This document shows positions 1-58,590 of a DNA stretch of 64,000 bases, in pieces. The notes under the pieces are model-generated. The model worked only from the letters and a program-made list of their open reading frames with translations, searched no databases and was not told where the DNA came from. The stretch is from Octopus sinensis (lineage: Eukaryota). Every line of letters begins with the position of its first letter. Within the stretch, counting starts at the first letter, position 1. A program made the position numbers and the translations under genes. The DNA is taken from assembly GCF_006345805.1 (NCBI RefSeq), contig NC_043003.1:18290001-18354000 (forward strand). The letters run 5' to 3'.

Positions 1-614
1 TAAATAAGTACCAGTTACGCACTGGGGTCGATATAATCAACTTAATCCGTTTGTCTGTCCTTGTTTGTCCCCTCTGTGTGTAGCCCCTTGTGGGCAGTAA
101 AAAAATAAGAAATAAGAAACAGTCGGAATTGGTCATAAAACAAGAAACAGTCGTAGACAAGTGTCAAAAGGATCAGCCTGCTAGTGTTCCTGATATTTAC
201 TCTATTAGATATACTCACTTTGTTCTTGGCACAGTACTTCGAGATAAAGACCTCCTTCACAGAAGCTTCCACCTCCTCCAGCAGCAGCAGTGGTGGTGAT
301 TAAGAACAGTATGAGTGATGTACAATAAGAGGTGAACTTTCTGCTTTGATTGTGTGAAGATCAGCTTGGAAGAGCCCATCCCTCACAAGGTTATTCAGTA
401 CAGTGAAATTTACAAACAAAAAAAGTCCACCATTCTTTAGAAGAGCCATGAAAAGTTGTGATAGTTATGGCATTTTCAAGGTCGTTCATGAAATAAATAC
501 AGGAAATTGGCTTCAACCAAGAAACACAAAACTACAATAGGCTTCGTCTAGTCTCCATTTGCCAAATCCAGTCTCAAGGCTTTGTTTGTAATAATTAGAG
601 TAATAAGTAAAGTA

Positions 615-820
615 CTCCAACAAGATCAGTCAGCAGTCACCCTCAGTGCATCGATCAATCATAGGTTTACCAGCTGAAGGTTTCTGTCGATCGTCTGGTG
701 CCAGTTCATCTTGGGAATTCCCCTGTGCCATGGACCCTGAAGTTTCCACTAAAAGACATGGTTGGCAAGTCTGTTTGTTGGGAGTCCTATGACATATCCC
801 AGCCAACTCGGCCAGTACCT
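615..820 (-). mobile_element. RTE-clade LINE C-terminal remnant
   Basis: Minus-strand translation WLGYVIGLPTNRLANHVF*WKLQGPWHRGIPKMNWHQTIDRNL resembles the RTE W.GHV...RGRP..TW end; contains stops. Confidence 0.6.
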
Positions 821-1499
821 GCCATAAAGAAATAAAACATTTTAGGTTTTTAGAGAAAGTTTGATGCTCTTCGAGATTCTACTAAGCTGGTTATAATTTT
901 TTCACTTCGTTTTTAAAGCAGAAATGCTTTTTTTTTCCCCTGAATATTTACATCTACCAAGGGCCATGAATTGATAGAATCATGAGAATGTCAGACAAAC
1001 TTCCTTTCAGCAGTTAGTTACCACTCTTTCCCTTTAAGTTCAAATCTCAACAACATTGGTTTTCCCTTTCACCCTTGTGGCTTAATATAATCAAACTATA
1101 GTTAGTCCACATTATTCCGTAAGGAGTATAGGGCAGGTTTTTCAGTTTTTCTGGCATGTATATGTTCCTCCCTAGATGGGACACCAATCCATCACAGGAT
1201 TACTCTCATTTTTATCAGTTGAATGAACAGGAGCAACATGAAATGAAACAGTTTGCTTAAGAATACAACGCATCACCTGGTCCAGGAATTGAAACCACAA
1301 TCATACCATTGCAAGTCCAACACCCTAACCACTAAGTCATGCACCTCCACAATCAAACTATAGCCTCTCCTTAAGTTTCAGTTTTTGTACTTCTATTAGA
1401 TAAAAACCAATATTTACTGCATACACTACATTTTGTTGTATTTTATCTCCACGAATTACTAAGTAACTGATCCATGTATATGTTTGTTTGTTCCTTCTC

Positions 1500-1785
1500 G
1501 AGCCACACCTGGCTCATTAGGGCCAGTTTCCCGATTTCATTGGCGCATAGGTTCCCCACCTGGACGGGATGCCGGTCTGTCGCAGGTGAGCTGCTAGATG
1601 CAGGAGGAAGGAGTGAGAGAAAGTTGTGGCGAAAGAGTAAGCAGAAGTTCACCATTACCTTCTGTCGGAGCTGCATGGAGTTTAGGTGTTTCACTCATAA
1701 ACACACACGTCGCCTGGTCTGAGATTCGAACTCGTGATCTTTTGACCGCGAGTCATCTGCTCTAACCACTAGGCCATGTGCCTCC
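1500..1785 (-). mobile_element. tRNA-head SINE family D (V-domain-like)
   Basis: Reverse complement ctgcgacagaccggcatcccgtccagg; tRNA-like head. Confidence 0.65.
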
Positions 1786-1869
1786 ATATGCATGTATATG
1801 TACGTAGTACCAGGCAAGATTCAAAATATTAGACTTTATTTCTAGACAAAGGATAATAATGTTCAATCC

Positions 1870-2152
1870 ACTACGTTCCTAGTTCAAATTCAGTTCACTA
1901 TTCTATAATATATCCTGGAATAAGACAGCTGATTATAATCCATTTGTCTGTCCTTGTTTGTCCTCTTTGTGTTTAGCCCCTTGTGGGTAATAAAGAAGTA
2001 GGTATTTCATCTGCTGCTACGTTCTGAGTTCAAACTCCGCTGAGGTCGACTTTGCTTTCATCTTTTTGGGGTCAATGTAATCGATTTAATCCCTTTGTCT
2101 GTCCTTGTTTGTCCCCTCTATATTTAGCTCTTTGTGGGCAGTAAAGGAATAA
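1870..2152 (+). mobile_element. SINE family B (Deu/Nin-like domain), dimer
   Basis: gaggtcgactttgctttcatc..ggggtc; tail gtgggcagtaaag(g)aataag. Confidence 0.7.
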
Positions 2153-2370
2153 GAAACTGAAAGAAGTCCTTCATGTATGTATATGTATGTATGTATATAT
2201 AGCGTATATGTTGGTGTGTTTACATCCCCTTAACCTAGTGGTTCAGCAAAAGAGACTGATAGAATAGTACCAGGCTTACAGAGAATAAGTTCTAGGGTCG
2301 ATTTCTTTGAAAAAAGACAGTTCTCCAGCATGGCCGCAGTCAAATGACTGAAACAAATAAAAGAACAAAA

Positions 2371-2425
<55 letters not shown>

Positions 2426-2992
2426 ATAAAAGCTCTTATATGTAAGCATGTAACGATGAAATTGGTCTGATAAAAAGATCACAATGCTAATATGTAGGGA
2501 ACGTAAAGGTTGTAGTTGAATGTTCTGTAAAGTACTATAAGAGGCAAATACAACAATAACAGCTGTTGTCTGTTGCTATGTTTGAAATTGCAATTTAGAC
2601 TGGAATTTAGATCTTCCCACCACCAGCTGCATTCAATAATAAAACCCCCAAATCCAAAGAAAATATATAAACATATATGCAGACAGATGGAAACAGATAT
2701 ATCCACTCACACACTTATACACATCATCATCGTCCTCGTTGTTGTTTTAACATCCATTTTTTCCCTGCTTGCATGGGTCGGATGGAATTTATTTGAATAG
2801 ATTTTCTCATGTTGAATGCCCCTTCCTGTTGCCAAATTCTACCACAGTCAGTTCTGTCTTTCATCCCTTTGAGATCAATGAAATAAATACCAGTTGATTA
2901 CTGGGGTTGATGTAATCAACTAGCTCCCTCCCCCAAACTTCAAACTTCAGACCTTGTTCCTATAGTACAAAGAAAATATTACTACTATTATA

Positions 2993-3460
2993 GACACAAG
3001 TGTGGCTGTGTGGTAAGAAGCTTGCTTCCTAACCATATAGTTTTGGGTTCAGTCCCACTGCGTGGAACCTTGGGCAAATGTCTTCTACTGTAGCCTCAGG
3101 CTGACCAAAGCCTTGTGAGTGGATTTGGTTGACAGAAACTGAAAGAAGTCCATTGTGTGTGTGTATATATATATATACATATATATATTAGAAGAAATAA
3201 GGTACTCAGAAATCTGGATGGTTTTATATTTACAGATATTTATTAATATGTCACATGTTTTATAAATCATATATTAGCGCTTGCATCCACTCTAGTGGAG
3301 TCGTCAATCTGACAACTCTACTAGAGTGGATGCAAGTGCTAATATATTTATAAAAACATGTGACATATTAATAAATATCTGTAAATATAAAACCATCCAG
3401 ATTTCTGAATACCCTATTCTTCTAATATATAATACCTGTACATCATCTCCAAACCTAATA

Positions 3461-3527
<67 letters not shown>

Positions 3528-3731
3528 GTGTGTGTGTGTGTGGTGTGTGTGTGTGTGTGTCTGTGTCTGTGTTTATGTCCCTGTAACTTAGTGGTTCGGC
3601 AAAAGAGACCGACAGATAGAATAAGTACCAGACTTACAAAGAATAAGTCCAGGGGTCGATTTCTTTGACTAAAATGTGGTGCTCCAGCATGGCCGCAATC
3701 AAATGACTGAAACAAGTAAAAGAATAAAAGA
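2993..3731 (+). mobile_element. tRNA-head SINE family A, split by a hairpin insert at 3183-3430
   Basis: Box A tggctgtgtgg, box B ggttcagtccc, CORE-like ccttgggcaag, internal (TA)/(TG)n, tail gaaacaagtaaaaga. Confidence 0.8.
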
Positions 3732-4021
3732 ATTACTACTGCTGCTGCTACTACAAATTCAAAAGGCAATGCCATGTAAAAGCACTTGTGCAGTGCCACC
3801 TCAAAGCACCTGTACAGTGCCACATATAAGCGCCCAGTGCACTCTGTAAAATGGTCATCCAGCCATAGAAACCATGCCAACCCAGATTAGAGTCTGGTGC
3901 AGCCTTCCAACTTGCCAGCCCTGGTCAAACCGTCCAATGAATGGACAATGGATGTTAAATTATGACGATGATGATGATGATGATGATGATTGTAACTAAT
4001 ATCTTTTTTCACTTCTTTCAG

Positions 4022-49430
<45,409 letters not shown>

Positions 49431-50885
49431 TGATGCCTTTTTTTCCCCCACATACAGCCTACCAGTTGGTGCCTTCATCATATTCAAATCATTCAAACAA
49501 TGGAGGTTCCATTAAACTACCATTATTTTCATCATCATCATCATTGTCATCATCATCACCATTGTACAAATCATTGATAATTATATGATTCATTGACCGT
49601 AACTTTGTAAGTCGTTGTGGCCTTGTGGCAATGTTTAAAATTATTATACAAGACTGCTCTTTTACTCCAAAATTTTAAAATATTTTCTATAAAGCAAAAA
49701 AATGAAAGATTTAAAAAAAAAAATATCATCTCATGGGAATAATTTTTGAAAATGATTAATTATTATACAATGAAATATATTTAGCACATGAGTTTTCTGC
49801 AAGAAAACTCATCACCTTTTACATCAAGTGTTGCCTTAACTTAATCAAAGCATCAAATTCTTCATCACAAAATACACAGCAGGCTCTAAAACTGCAAATG
49901 CTTATGTATATGTGATTGATAGATATATATGTATATTTATGCCTATATACATATATGTATCTGCATGCATGTGTGTATATATGTGAGTATTATACATAAA
50001 TTTGCATCTAATTTATCAAACAATTTTTTTTTTTTGTCTTTTACCAAATTATTCTAATTTCCCCATTCCATTCAGCCATTTTAAATTCACTGCTGGATGA
50101 AGCCATGCTGACCAATTGCAGGTTGGATGTAGTGCTTATAGTGTCAGGTCAGGTGATTAGACTCTGGCCATTGCACAACTAAGCGGAATTCAAACTCAGA
50201 AGAGGTGAAACAGGTGTGCAATATAAGGCATCTTCTCTGATACGCTAAAGAATTCCGTTAAGTTCCATCCATCCACTGCCCTGAACTGGTAGATTATTTA
50301 TCAACTCTGACACAAAGAGGAAAGGTCAAAATTTTCATCTGCTGTATTTAAGAAAAACAATTAGAAAATGACCTTATCTTCCAAAATCATTATTCTTCTA
50401 ATTGCAGTGATATCATGACAAGGGACAGATCATATTTGATTGATTATTACCTAGCTATTCTTTCTCCCAGGGTACCACATTCATTATACTGTATTACTAG
50501 GAGCCCTACCCTGGTAAATACCTACCTGCATGGTTTGTAGATTGAGGTGTGGAGGGTGGAAATATTTGTTTTTGTTTGTTTTGTAGGACACTTTGACTTT
50601 TTGATATACTGTAAAAACAAAAAAAATTAAAAGCAAAAGAAAAGAAAGGGAGAAAGAAGGAAAGAAAGAAAGAATGGCTTTGTTGTGTATTTACGGAAGA
50701 GAGGAATTCCAGTCACGAAAAAAAAATAAGGACCAATTCAGTTATATCTTTGGAGATAAAAATCCAGAAAGCTCCCAATATTCCCAAAAGATGTGTTCTG
50801 CTTTTTCAATATATATATATATATATATATACATATATATATTATATATATATATATATATATGTATATATAAATGTATATATAT

Positions 50886-50942
<57 letters not shown>

Positions 50943-50960
50943 TATATACATATATACATA

Positions 50961-51015
<55 letters not shown>

Positions 51016-51187
51016 TGTGTGTATGTATACATATATATATGTATATGTTTACATGTATATATTATATGTAGTTACTGTATCTATGAAGGTTCTTGTGAAA
51101 CGTGTTTTACTGACTGATTGTAACTGCAATCGTTTAATGGTGCTGTTTTATCCACTAAAATTTCAATAAACAATTAAAAAAAAAAAA
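49431..51187 (+). other. Putative 3'UTR with candidate poly(A) signal AATAAA at 51165-51170
   Basis: AU-rich sequence after the stop; the signal is followed by a genomic A-run, so the true end is uncertain. Confidence 0.4.
50808..51065. repeat. (AT)n tract in the putative 3'UTR
   Basis: Direct reading. Confidence 0.95.
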
Positions 51188-51457
51188 CCTTTTGTTTAAT
51201 GATGTTTTTATAAATCATCACATTTAATTTATTCATTTTTGAGAATTTTCTCTTTTGTTTTTTTTTTTGTTTCTTTTAATGTAAAGGTTTGGAACAATTC
51301 ATTATATAACATGAATCCTTACAAGCTAAATATTAAGTGGAATGTTTAGTAGTTTAAATGGAATTGAAAAATTTATAAGTTGTATATTTTTGAAATTATA
51401 TGAATTTTTGTGAGAAGAATATAATTTTGTTTTGTTTTAGTAGTATTGGGGATTGAG

Positions 51458-51835
51458 TCATCATCATCATCATCGTTTAACGTCCGCTTTCCATGCTAGC
51501 ATGGGTTGGACGGTTCAACTGGGGTCTGGGGAGCCCGAAGGCTGCACCAGGCCAGTCAGATCTGGCAGTGTTTCTACAGCTGGATGCCCTTCCTAATGCC
51601 AACCACTCCGAGAGTGTAGTGGGTGATTTTATGTGCCACGGACACTGGTGCCAGACGAGGCTGGCGAACGGCCACGCTCGGATGGTGTTTTTTTATGTGC
51701 CACCGACACAGGTGCCAGACGAGGCTGGCGAACGACCACGCTCGGATGGTGTTTTTTCATGTGCCACCGACACAGGTGCCAGACGAGGCTGGCGGACAGT
51801 CACACTTGGATGGTGTTTTTTATGTGCCACCGAGT
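51458..51835 (-). mobile_element. Family C with three homogenised ~64-bp units
   Basis: Near-identical units gtgccaccgacacaggtgccagacgaggctggcg..ggatggtgtttt. Confidence 0.8.
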
Positions 51836-52258
51836 ATCTTTTAATATTTCTATGAGTATTTTTTAATATTTCTCTTCAGGAATTCTCTTTAAATTGGAAC
51901 AATATGATGTTTTCTATTTATTAAGGAAATAGTTTATGGTTGATTTACATTTCTTTGGAAGACAAATCCTTAAACCTTTTTCTTACTATATTTTTTTATT
52001 GAAATACACTGCCTTTTTTCGAATTAATTTGGAAAATAATGAAGAATTTAATTATTTTAGTAAAATAATTTCATCATTATCAAACTGGTGTTTGGAACAT
52101 AAATTTATATAAAATTTTGAGGGAAGGTTTTAATTTAGATCAGTTTAAAAAACAAGAACCCTGTATCATAGAACAAGGAACAGTCTAAGACAAGTTTATA
52201 ACAAAAGAAATCACTGAAAGCCATGTAGTTCTTGACTCTGAAATTTTTTTTCACTATC

Positions 52259-52665
52259 TCTCTTTTACTTGTTTCAGTCATTTGACTGTGGCCATGCTGG
52301 AGCACTGCTTTTAGTCGAGCAAATTGACCCCAGGACTTATTCTTTGGAAGCCTAGTACTTATTCTATTGGTCACTTTTTGCCGAACTGCTAAGTAATGGG
52401 GACATAAACATACCAGCATCGGTTGTCAAGCGATGTTGGGGGGGGGGGACAAACAGACACACGAACACATACACACACATATATATATATTTATATATAT
52501 ATATGACGGGCTTCTTTCAGTTTCCATCTACCAAATCCACTCACAAGGCTTTGGTGGGCCTGAGGCTATAGTAGAAGACACTTGCCAAGGTGTCACGCAG
52601 TAGGACTGAACCCGGAACAATGTGGTTCGTAAGCAAGCTACTTACCACACAGCCACTTCTACGCC
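52259..52665 (-). mobile_element. SINE family A
   Basis: Full length. Confidence 0.85.
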
Positions 52666-53359
52666 TACCATTGAACATTTATAATCATTTTTCTTTTTTT
52701 TTTTTTATTATACTTCTTAGACTTTAAATGTAACGTTTTAAGACACTAGTCTAAAACATTAAAGATTTCCCCTTCTTTTTAAGCATTAAGCTGATACAAT
52801 ATTTGTTAAAATTTGTCCCTCCTGTGTTGTCTTCTGTCATTCTTCATTACTTTCATATATTTTGAATGCTTATACAACCTCCTTATATTCATATATATGT
52901 GTGTGGGCTCATGTGATTGTCTATGTGACTGTCTCATGATTATTATCATTGTTGGTCATCATAGTAGTGCTACATCCACTTCCCATGCTAGCATGGGTTG
53001 GATGAGTTCTGGGCCAAGTTTAAGTCAGTTATCATTCAGAGTTACTGCCTTCCTAACCAGATCAGAACACCACATATTGCTTGTGCATTTCCTTTTTGGC
53101 TTGTTTTCTACAGATTTGATGCCTTTTTTTATTACCAACCACTTTACACCATATACTGGCTGATTTTATCTAGCACCAACATTTGACTGGTTGCCATGTC
53201 TTTGACAAGACACCAGGTTTTCTCAACTCTGCATCATCTTCACTCATTTGCCTACTATTTCACAGAGTGTAATTGGCATGTTTCATGACATCAGAAATTC
53301 TTACAAGGATGTCTTGTATCCTCTAAAACAGAAGAGTCCTCATTATTCTATGATGTGTT

Positions 53360-54010
53360 CAAGGCGGCAAACTAGCAGAATCGTTAGCACGCTGGGCGAA
53401 ATGCTTAGCAGTATTTCATCTGCCACTACGTTCTGAGTTCAAATTCCACCGGGGTCAACTTTGTCTTTCCTTCTTTTCAGGGTCGATAAATTAAGTACCA
53501 GTTACGCACTGGGGTCGATGTAATCGACTTAATCCCATTGTCCTTGCTTGTCCCCTCTGTATTTTAGCCCCTTGTGGGCAATAAAGAAATAGGAAACGTT
53601 AGCACACCAGGCGACATGCTTAGCGGTATTTCGTCTGTCTTTACATTCTGAATTCAAATTCCGCCAGGGTCGACTTTGCCTTTCATCCTTTTGGGGTCGA
53701 TTAAATAAGTACCAGTTATGCACTGGGGTTGATGAAATCAACTTACCCCTCCCCCAAATTTCAGGCTTTGTGCCTATAGCAGAAAGGATTATTCTATGAT
53801 GGGTTCAAGGCAGCAAGCTGGCAGAATCATTAGTATGCCAAGCAAAATGCTTAGCAGTATTTCGTCTGTCTTCACGTTCTGAATTCAAATTCCACTGATG
53901 TCGACTTTGCCTTTCATCCTTTTGAGGTTGATAAAGTAAGTACCAGTATTGGGGTCAATGTATTCAGCTATCCCCCGTCCCCAAATGTCAGGCCTTGTGC
54001 CCATAGTGGA
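53360..54010 (+). mobile_element. SINE family B, tandem cluster of three
   Basis: Repeated bodies. Confidence 0.8.
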
Positions 54011-54130
54011 GAGACTTATTCACTTCATATAGATATAATTGTTTAATCCTCATAAGATCTTTATCATGCTACATCAAAATTCTAGATTTATCAATGAATT
54101 GTTTCTACTTCATACATCACTTCTTCACTA

Positions 54131-54532
54131 GGCGCAAGACCGACTAGTTGGTATGTAACTTGCTTACCAACAACATGGTTCCGGGTTCAGTCCCACTGGG
54201 TGGCACCTTGGGCAAGGGTCTTCTACTATAGCCTCGGGCCGACCAAAGCCTTGTGAGTGGATTTGGTAGACTGAAACTGAAAGAAGTCCATCGTATATAT
54301 GTATACATATATGTGTATGTGTGTGTATATGTTTGTGTGCCTGTGTTTGTCCCCCAATATCGCTTGACAACCAATGCTGGTTTGTTTATGTCCCCATAAC
54401 TTAATGGTTTGGCAAAAGAGACCAATAGAATAAGTACTAGGCTTCCAAAGAATAAGTCCTGGGGTTGATTTGCTCGACTAAAAGATGGTGCTCTAGCATA
54501 GCTGCAGTCAAATGACTGAAACAAGTAAAAAG
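54131..54532 (+). mobile_element. SINE family A
   Basis: Full length. Confidence 0.85.
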
Positions 54533-54787
54533 GTAATTAGGGGATCCATGAAATACTAAGTGCTTTAAAGGAGATAAACCACCAATGATATCAAATACGG
54601 TGCCCCAGCTTCAATAATTCTTTTATCTTTTATTTGTTTCATTCATTAGACTGTGCTCATGATGGGGCCACCATCTTGAAGGGTTTTCATTGAGCAAATC
54701 AACCCCGTGACTTATTTTTTAAAGTCTGGTACTTATTCTATCAGTCTATTTTGCTGAACCACTAAGTTACAGGAATGTAAACACACC

Positions 54788-54944
54788 AATAATAATAACG
54801 ACAACATAGAAAAATACCTTAGGAATGATAACCCAGGTTCAAAATTTCCCCAAGACAACTGAAGAAGGCTGGAAGGTATATCAGCTGAAACGTGTTAACA
54901 ACAAACATGATGAGGACAAATATCCGTCGAATGTAGATAATGTA
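54788..54944 (+). mobile_element. Second copy of the (AAT)n / hammerhead-like module
   Basis: Collinear with 41075-41229. Confidence 0.7.
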
Positions 54945-55641
54945 CATTTTGCTTGAAATTTCAAAATTCTGTGCTGTGCGTGTGTGTGTGTGTGTGTATA
55001 TATGCGTGTGTTTATGTATGTGCACGTGTGTATGTATATATATGTGTGTGTGTATGTATATATATATATGTATGTATGTACGTCTTGTATGTTTTTGTGT
55101 TGCCTGAAGAAACAACGAAGAATTCCTCTATTTAAGTAAAGCATTGATCAGTTGATAAACTCATCTATTTTAATCTGATATTAGATTTATTTTTTTATTT
55201 TTTATTTGTTTCATATTGTTTCTTTAACGCTTTTGTTACCACATTTCTGTTGAAATGCACTCTCATTGTTTCAATTAATTTTGGAAGTAATGAAGAATTT
55301 GGTAAAATATCTTTGTCTTTGTAAAGCTGGTGTCTGGAATATAAATTAACATGAAATCTTGATGGAGAGTCTTGAGATCACTCTAACCTTTTAGCATTTA
55401 AACTGGCCATGTCTGGCCCAAATATTCCACCTGTTTTATATGCATATTGGGGAAATCTGGCCTGTCACACCTACCTTACAATGTCATTTTAAAAATAGAC
55501 TATCAGATCATCAAAATCTCAAAGCTATGAGATAATCCATGATTAATTCAAGAATTACATTCGACAGAATAATCTAAATACTAGTGGGGTTAAAACGAGA
55601 TATGTCTTGTTTTAACCCCACTAGCATTTAGATTATTCTGT

Positions 55642-55770
55642 GATACAAATCCCTGGTTTGTATCACAAATCCCTGGTTTGTATTACAAATCCCTGGTTTG
55701 TATTACAAATCCCTGGTTGTATTACAAATCCCTGGTTTGTAAAATGTGGTACAAATCCCTGGTTTGTATC
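55642..55770. repeat. 20-bp tandem repeat acaaatccctggtttgtat(c/t), ~6 copies
   Basis: Each unit is internally palindromic (TACAAA..TTTGTA). Confidence 0.9.
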
Positions 55771-56426
55771 ACAGAACCAGGGACAGTCTCATGCAGATTG
55801 GTCTCAAAAGGATTTTAAAAAATTTATCATCATTTCCAAATATAGGCAACTTTTATAATTTTATTTTATTTCTTTAATTCCAAATCTTGTCCTGTATCTT
55901 TGAACTGCTGTTTCTTCCACTCCTTTTTATTTTACACAAGGAATTTTAAATCAACTTATTCCAAGGGAAATTTTTGGTTTTCCTCGACTGCTTAATCCGT
56001 CCTAATTGGAAACCTTTTTTTTTTACCAAATTTCTATTGAAATACACTGCCTTTCTTTCATTTTGTTTTGAAAGTAATGAAGAATTAATGACAAAATGAC
56101 TGCTGTACAAACCAGCCAGATCTGGCCTATCACACTTATCCTGCAATGTGATTCTAAAAATAAGCAATCACATCATCAAAATCTCAAAGCTATGAGATAA
56201 TGCATCATTAATTCTAAACAATGTAAATAAATAAGCTTTACATCTGACAGTACTCTGAATGCTGAAGGGTTAAACTTACCCATTTTTCATTTTTCTTATC
56301 TAAGGACCATTCTTTGTCTCTGTCTCTTGTGATTACATCATTTGCCATTTATAATTTCCAACTTTATCATTCTAATAAATTAATTCTACCAATAACTTAG
56401 TTTATAAATCTATTATTATGCAAGGA

Positions 56427-56745
56427 AGGCGCAATAGCCCAGTGGATAGGGCAGCGGGCTTGCGGTCAGAGGATCATGGTTTCGATTCCCAGACCGGGCG
56501 TTGTGTGTGTCTATTGAGCAAAAACACCTAAAAGCTCCACGAGGCTCTGGCAGGGGGTGGTGGCAACCCCTGTTGTACTCTTTCGCCCCAACTTTCTCTC
56601 ACTCTCCCTCCCTGTTTCTTGAGTAACGCTGCGATGGACTGGCATCCCGTCCAGCTGGGGGGAACACATACGCCACAGAAACCCGGGAAATCGGGCCCAT
56701 GAGCCTGGCTAGGCTTGAAAAGGCTGCATAAATAAATAAATAAAT
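56427..56745 (+). mobile_element. SINE family D, full length
   Basis: tRNA-like head ggcgcaatagcccagtgg..ggtttcgattccc; V-like ctgcgatggactggcatcccgtccag; (TAAA)n tail. Confidence 0.8.
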
Positions 56746-56859
56746 TATACAAGGAAATTATCATTATTATTAGGCATACATTTTTTACTAATTAACTTGC
56801 TAATCATTCCATATATATATATATATATATATATATCCAATTGGGAGTATCATTTGAGC

Positions 56860-58240
56860 ATCAGAAAAAAAATGCCTTGCAGCATTTCTTCTGGTTCTTT
56901 ATGTCCAGAGTTCAAATATCAATAAAGTCAACTGAGCCTTTCCAAAATCCTTTGAAGATCTATAAAATAATGTATCGGTCAAATACTGGGGTTGATGTAA
57001 CTGACATGCTCCCTTCTCTAAAATTTCAAGCCCTGAGCTTGTAGTAGAAAGGTTAGTAATAATAATAATGATAAGGCAGCAAGCTGGCAGAATCATTAGC
57101 ACACTGGATGAAATGCTTATCGGTATTTCGTCCATCCTTATGTTCTGAGTTCAAATTCCACCAAGGATTGACTTTGCTTTTCATCCTTTCAGGGTTGATA
57201 AATTAAGTACCAGTGAAACTCCTCCCCCAAAATTTCAGGCCTCGTGCCTTTAGTAGAAAGGATCATTATTGGTAACTAAGCACATGGCTTAGTGCTTGGC
57301 ATGTTGTACTAGCGATCATGGTTTCAATTCCTAGACTGGGTGGTGTGTTGTGTTCCTGAGCAAAACATATCATCTCTCATCGCCCTGTGATCACTTCAAC
57401 ACCTGACACATGGTACACTGAATATATATTTTTTTTTTATTTCATCTAGTTTCGGCTCACGAGCTGTGGCCATGCTGGGGCACTGCCATTTGATCACTAT
57501 AAACAAATCATTTGTGCAAGTCATTTGGCAAAAAGCTGAATGCTCATACATTGTTGTTGACGGGAGAGTCCGTCATTATTATTACTATTATAAAGGCAAG
57601 CAAGCTGGCAGAATCATTAGCATGCTGGACGAAATGCTTAGCAGTATTTTACCCGTCACTACATTCTGAGTTCAAATTCTGCTGCAGTCAACTTTGCCTT
57701 TCATCCTTTCAGGGTCGATTAAATAAGTACCAGTTATGCACTGGGGTCGATATAATCGACCTAATCCGTTTGTCTGTCCTTGTTTGTCCTCTCTGTGTGT
57801 AGCCCCTTGTGGGCAGTAAAGAAATAAGAAATAAGTATTTCCCCCGTCACTACGCTCTGAGTTCAAGTTCTGCTGCAGTCGACTTTGCCTTTCATCCTTT
57901 CAGGGTCAATGAAATAAGTACCAGTTATGCAGTGGGGTCAGTGTAATCAACTAGCCCGCTTACCAAATTTTCAGGCCTTGTGCCTATAGTAGAAAGGAGA
58001 ATTATTATTATTATTATTATTAAGAGGGTGAGCAACAAAACCATTTGCATGCTGGAGAAAATGCTTAGTGGCATTTCATCCATCTCTGTGTTCTGAGTTC
58101 AAATTCTGCTGAGGTTAAATTTGCCTTTCATCCTTTCAGGGTCAGTAAAATAAGTACCAATTAAGCAGTGGAGTTAGTGTAATCAACTAGTCCCCTACTC
58201 CAAAATTTTAGGCCTTGTACCTATAATAGAAAGGATGGTT
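56860..58240 (+). mobile_element. Cluster of SINE family B copies with an interleaved CORE-like head
   Basis: Five or more B bodies; more at 58610-59030 and 59615-59820. Confidence 0.75.
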
Positions 58241-58255
58241 ATTATTATTATTGTG

Positions 58256-58590
58256 AAGGCGCATGGCTCAGTGTTTAGAGTGTTGAGCTTACAATCACGA
58301 GGTTGTGAGTTCAAATCCCGGACAGGGCTGCATGTTGTGTTCTTGAGCAAGACACTTTTTTTCACGTTGCTTCAATTCACTCAGCTATAGAAATGAGTTG
58401 CAACGTCACAGGTGCCAAGCTGTATCCACCCCTTTGCCTTTCCCTTGGAGAACACTGGTGGCATGGAGAGGAGAGGCCGGTATGCATGGGCGACTGCTGA
58501 TCTTCCATAAACAACCTTGCCCGAACTTGTGCCTCGGAGAGTAATTTTCTAGGTGCAATCCCATGGTCAGTCATGACCGAAGGGGGTCCC
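58256..58590 (+). mobile_element. tRNA-head CORE-like SINE
   Basis: Box A/B, then gtgttcttgagcaagacactt. Confidence 0.65.

Noticed and set aside
853-890. Possible extra upstream exon (RKFDALRDSTKL)
   Set aside because: Weak similarity and no convincing donor site.
55642-55770. Palindromic repeat array resembling CRISPR
   Set aside because: Units are contiguous with no unique spacers, no cas genes, and the context is eukaryotic.
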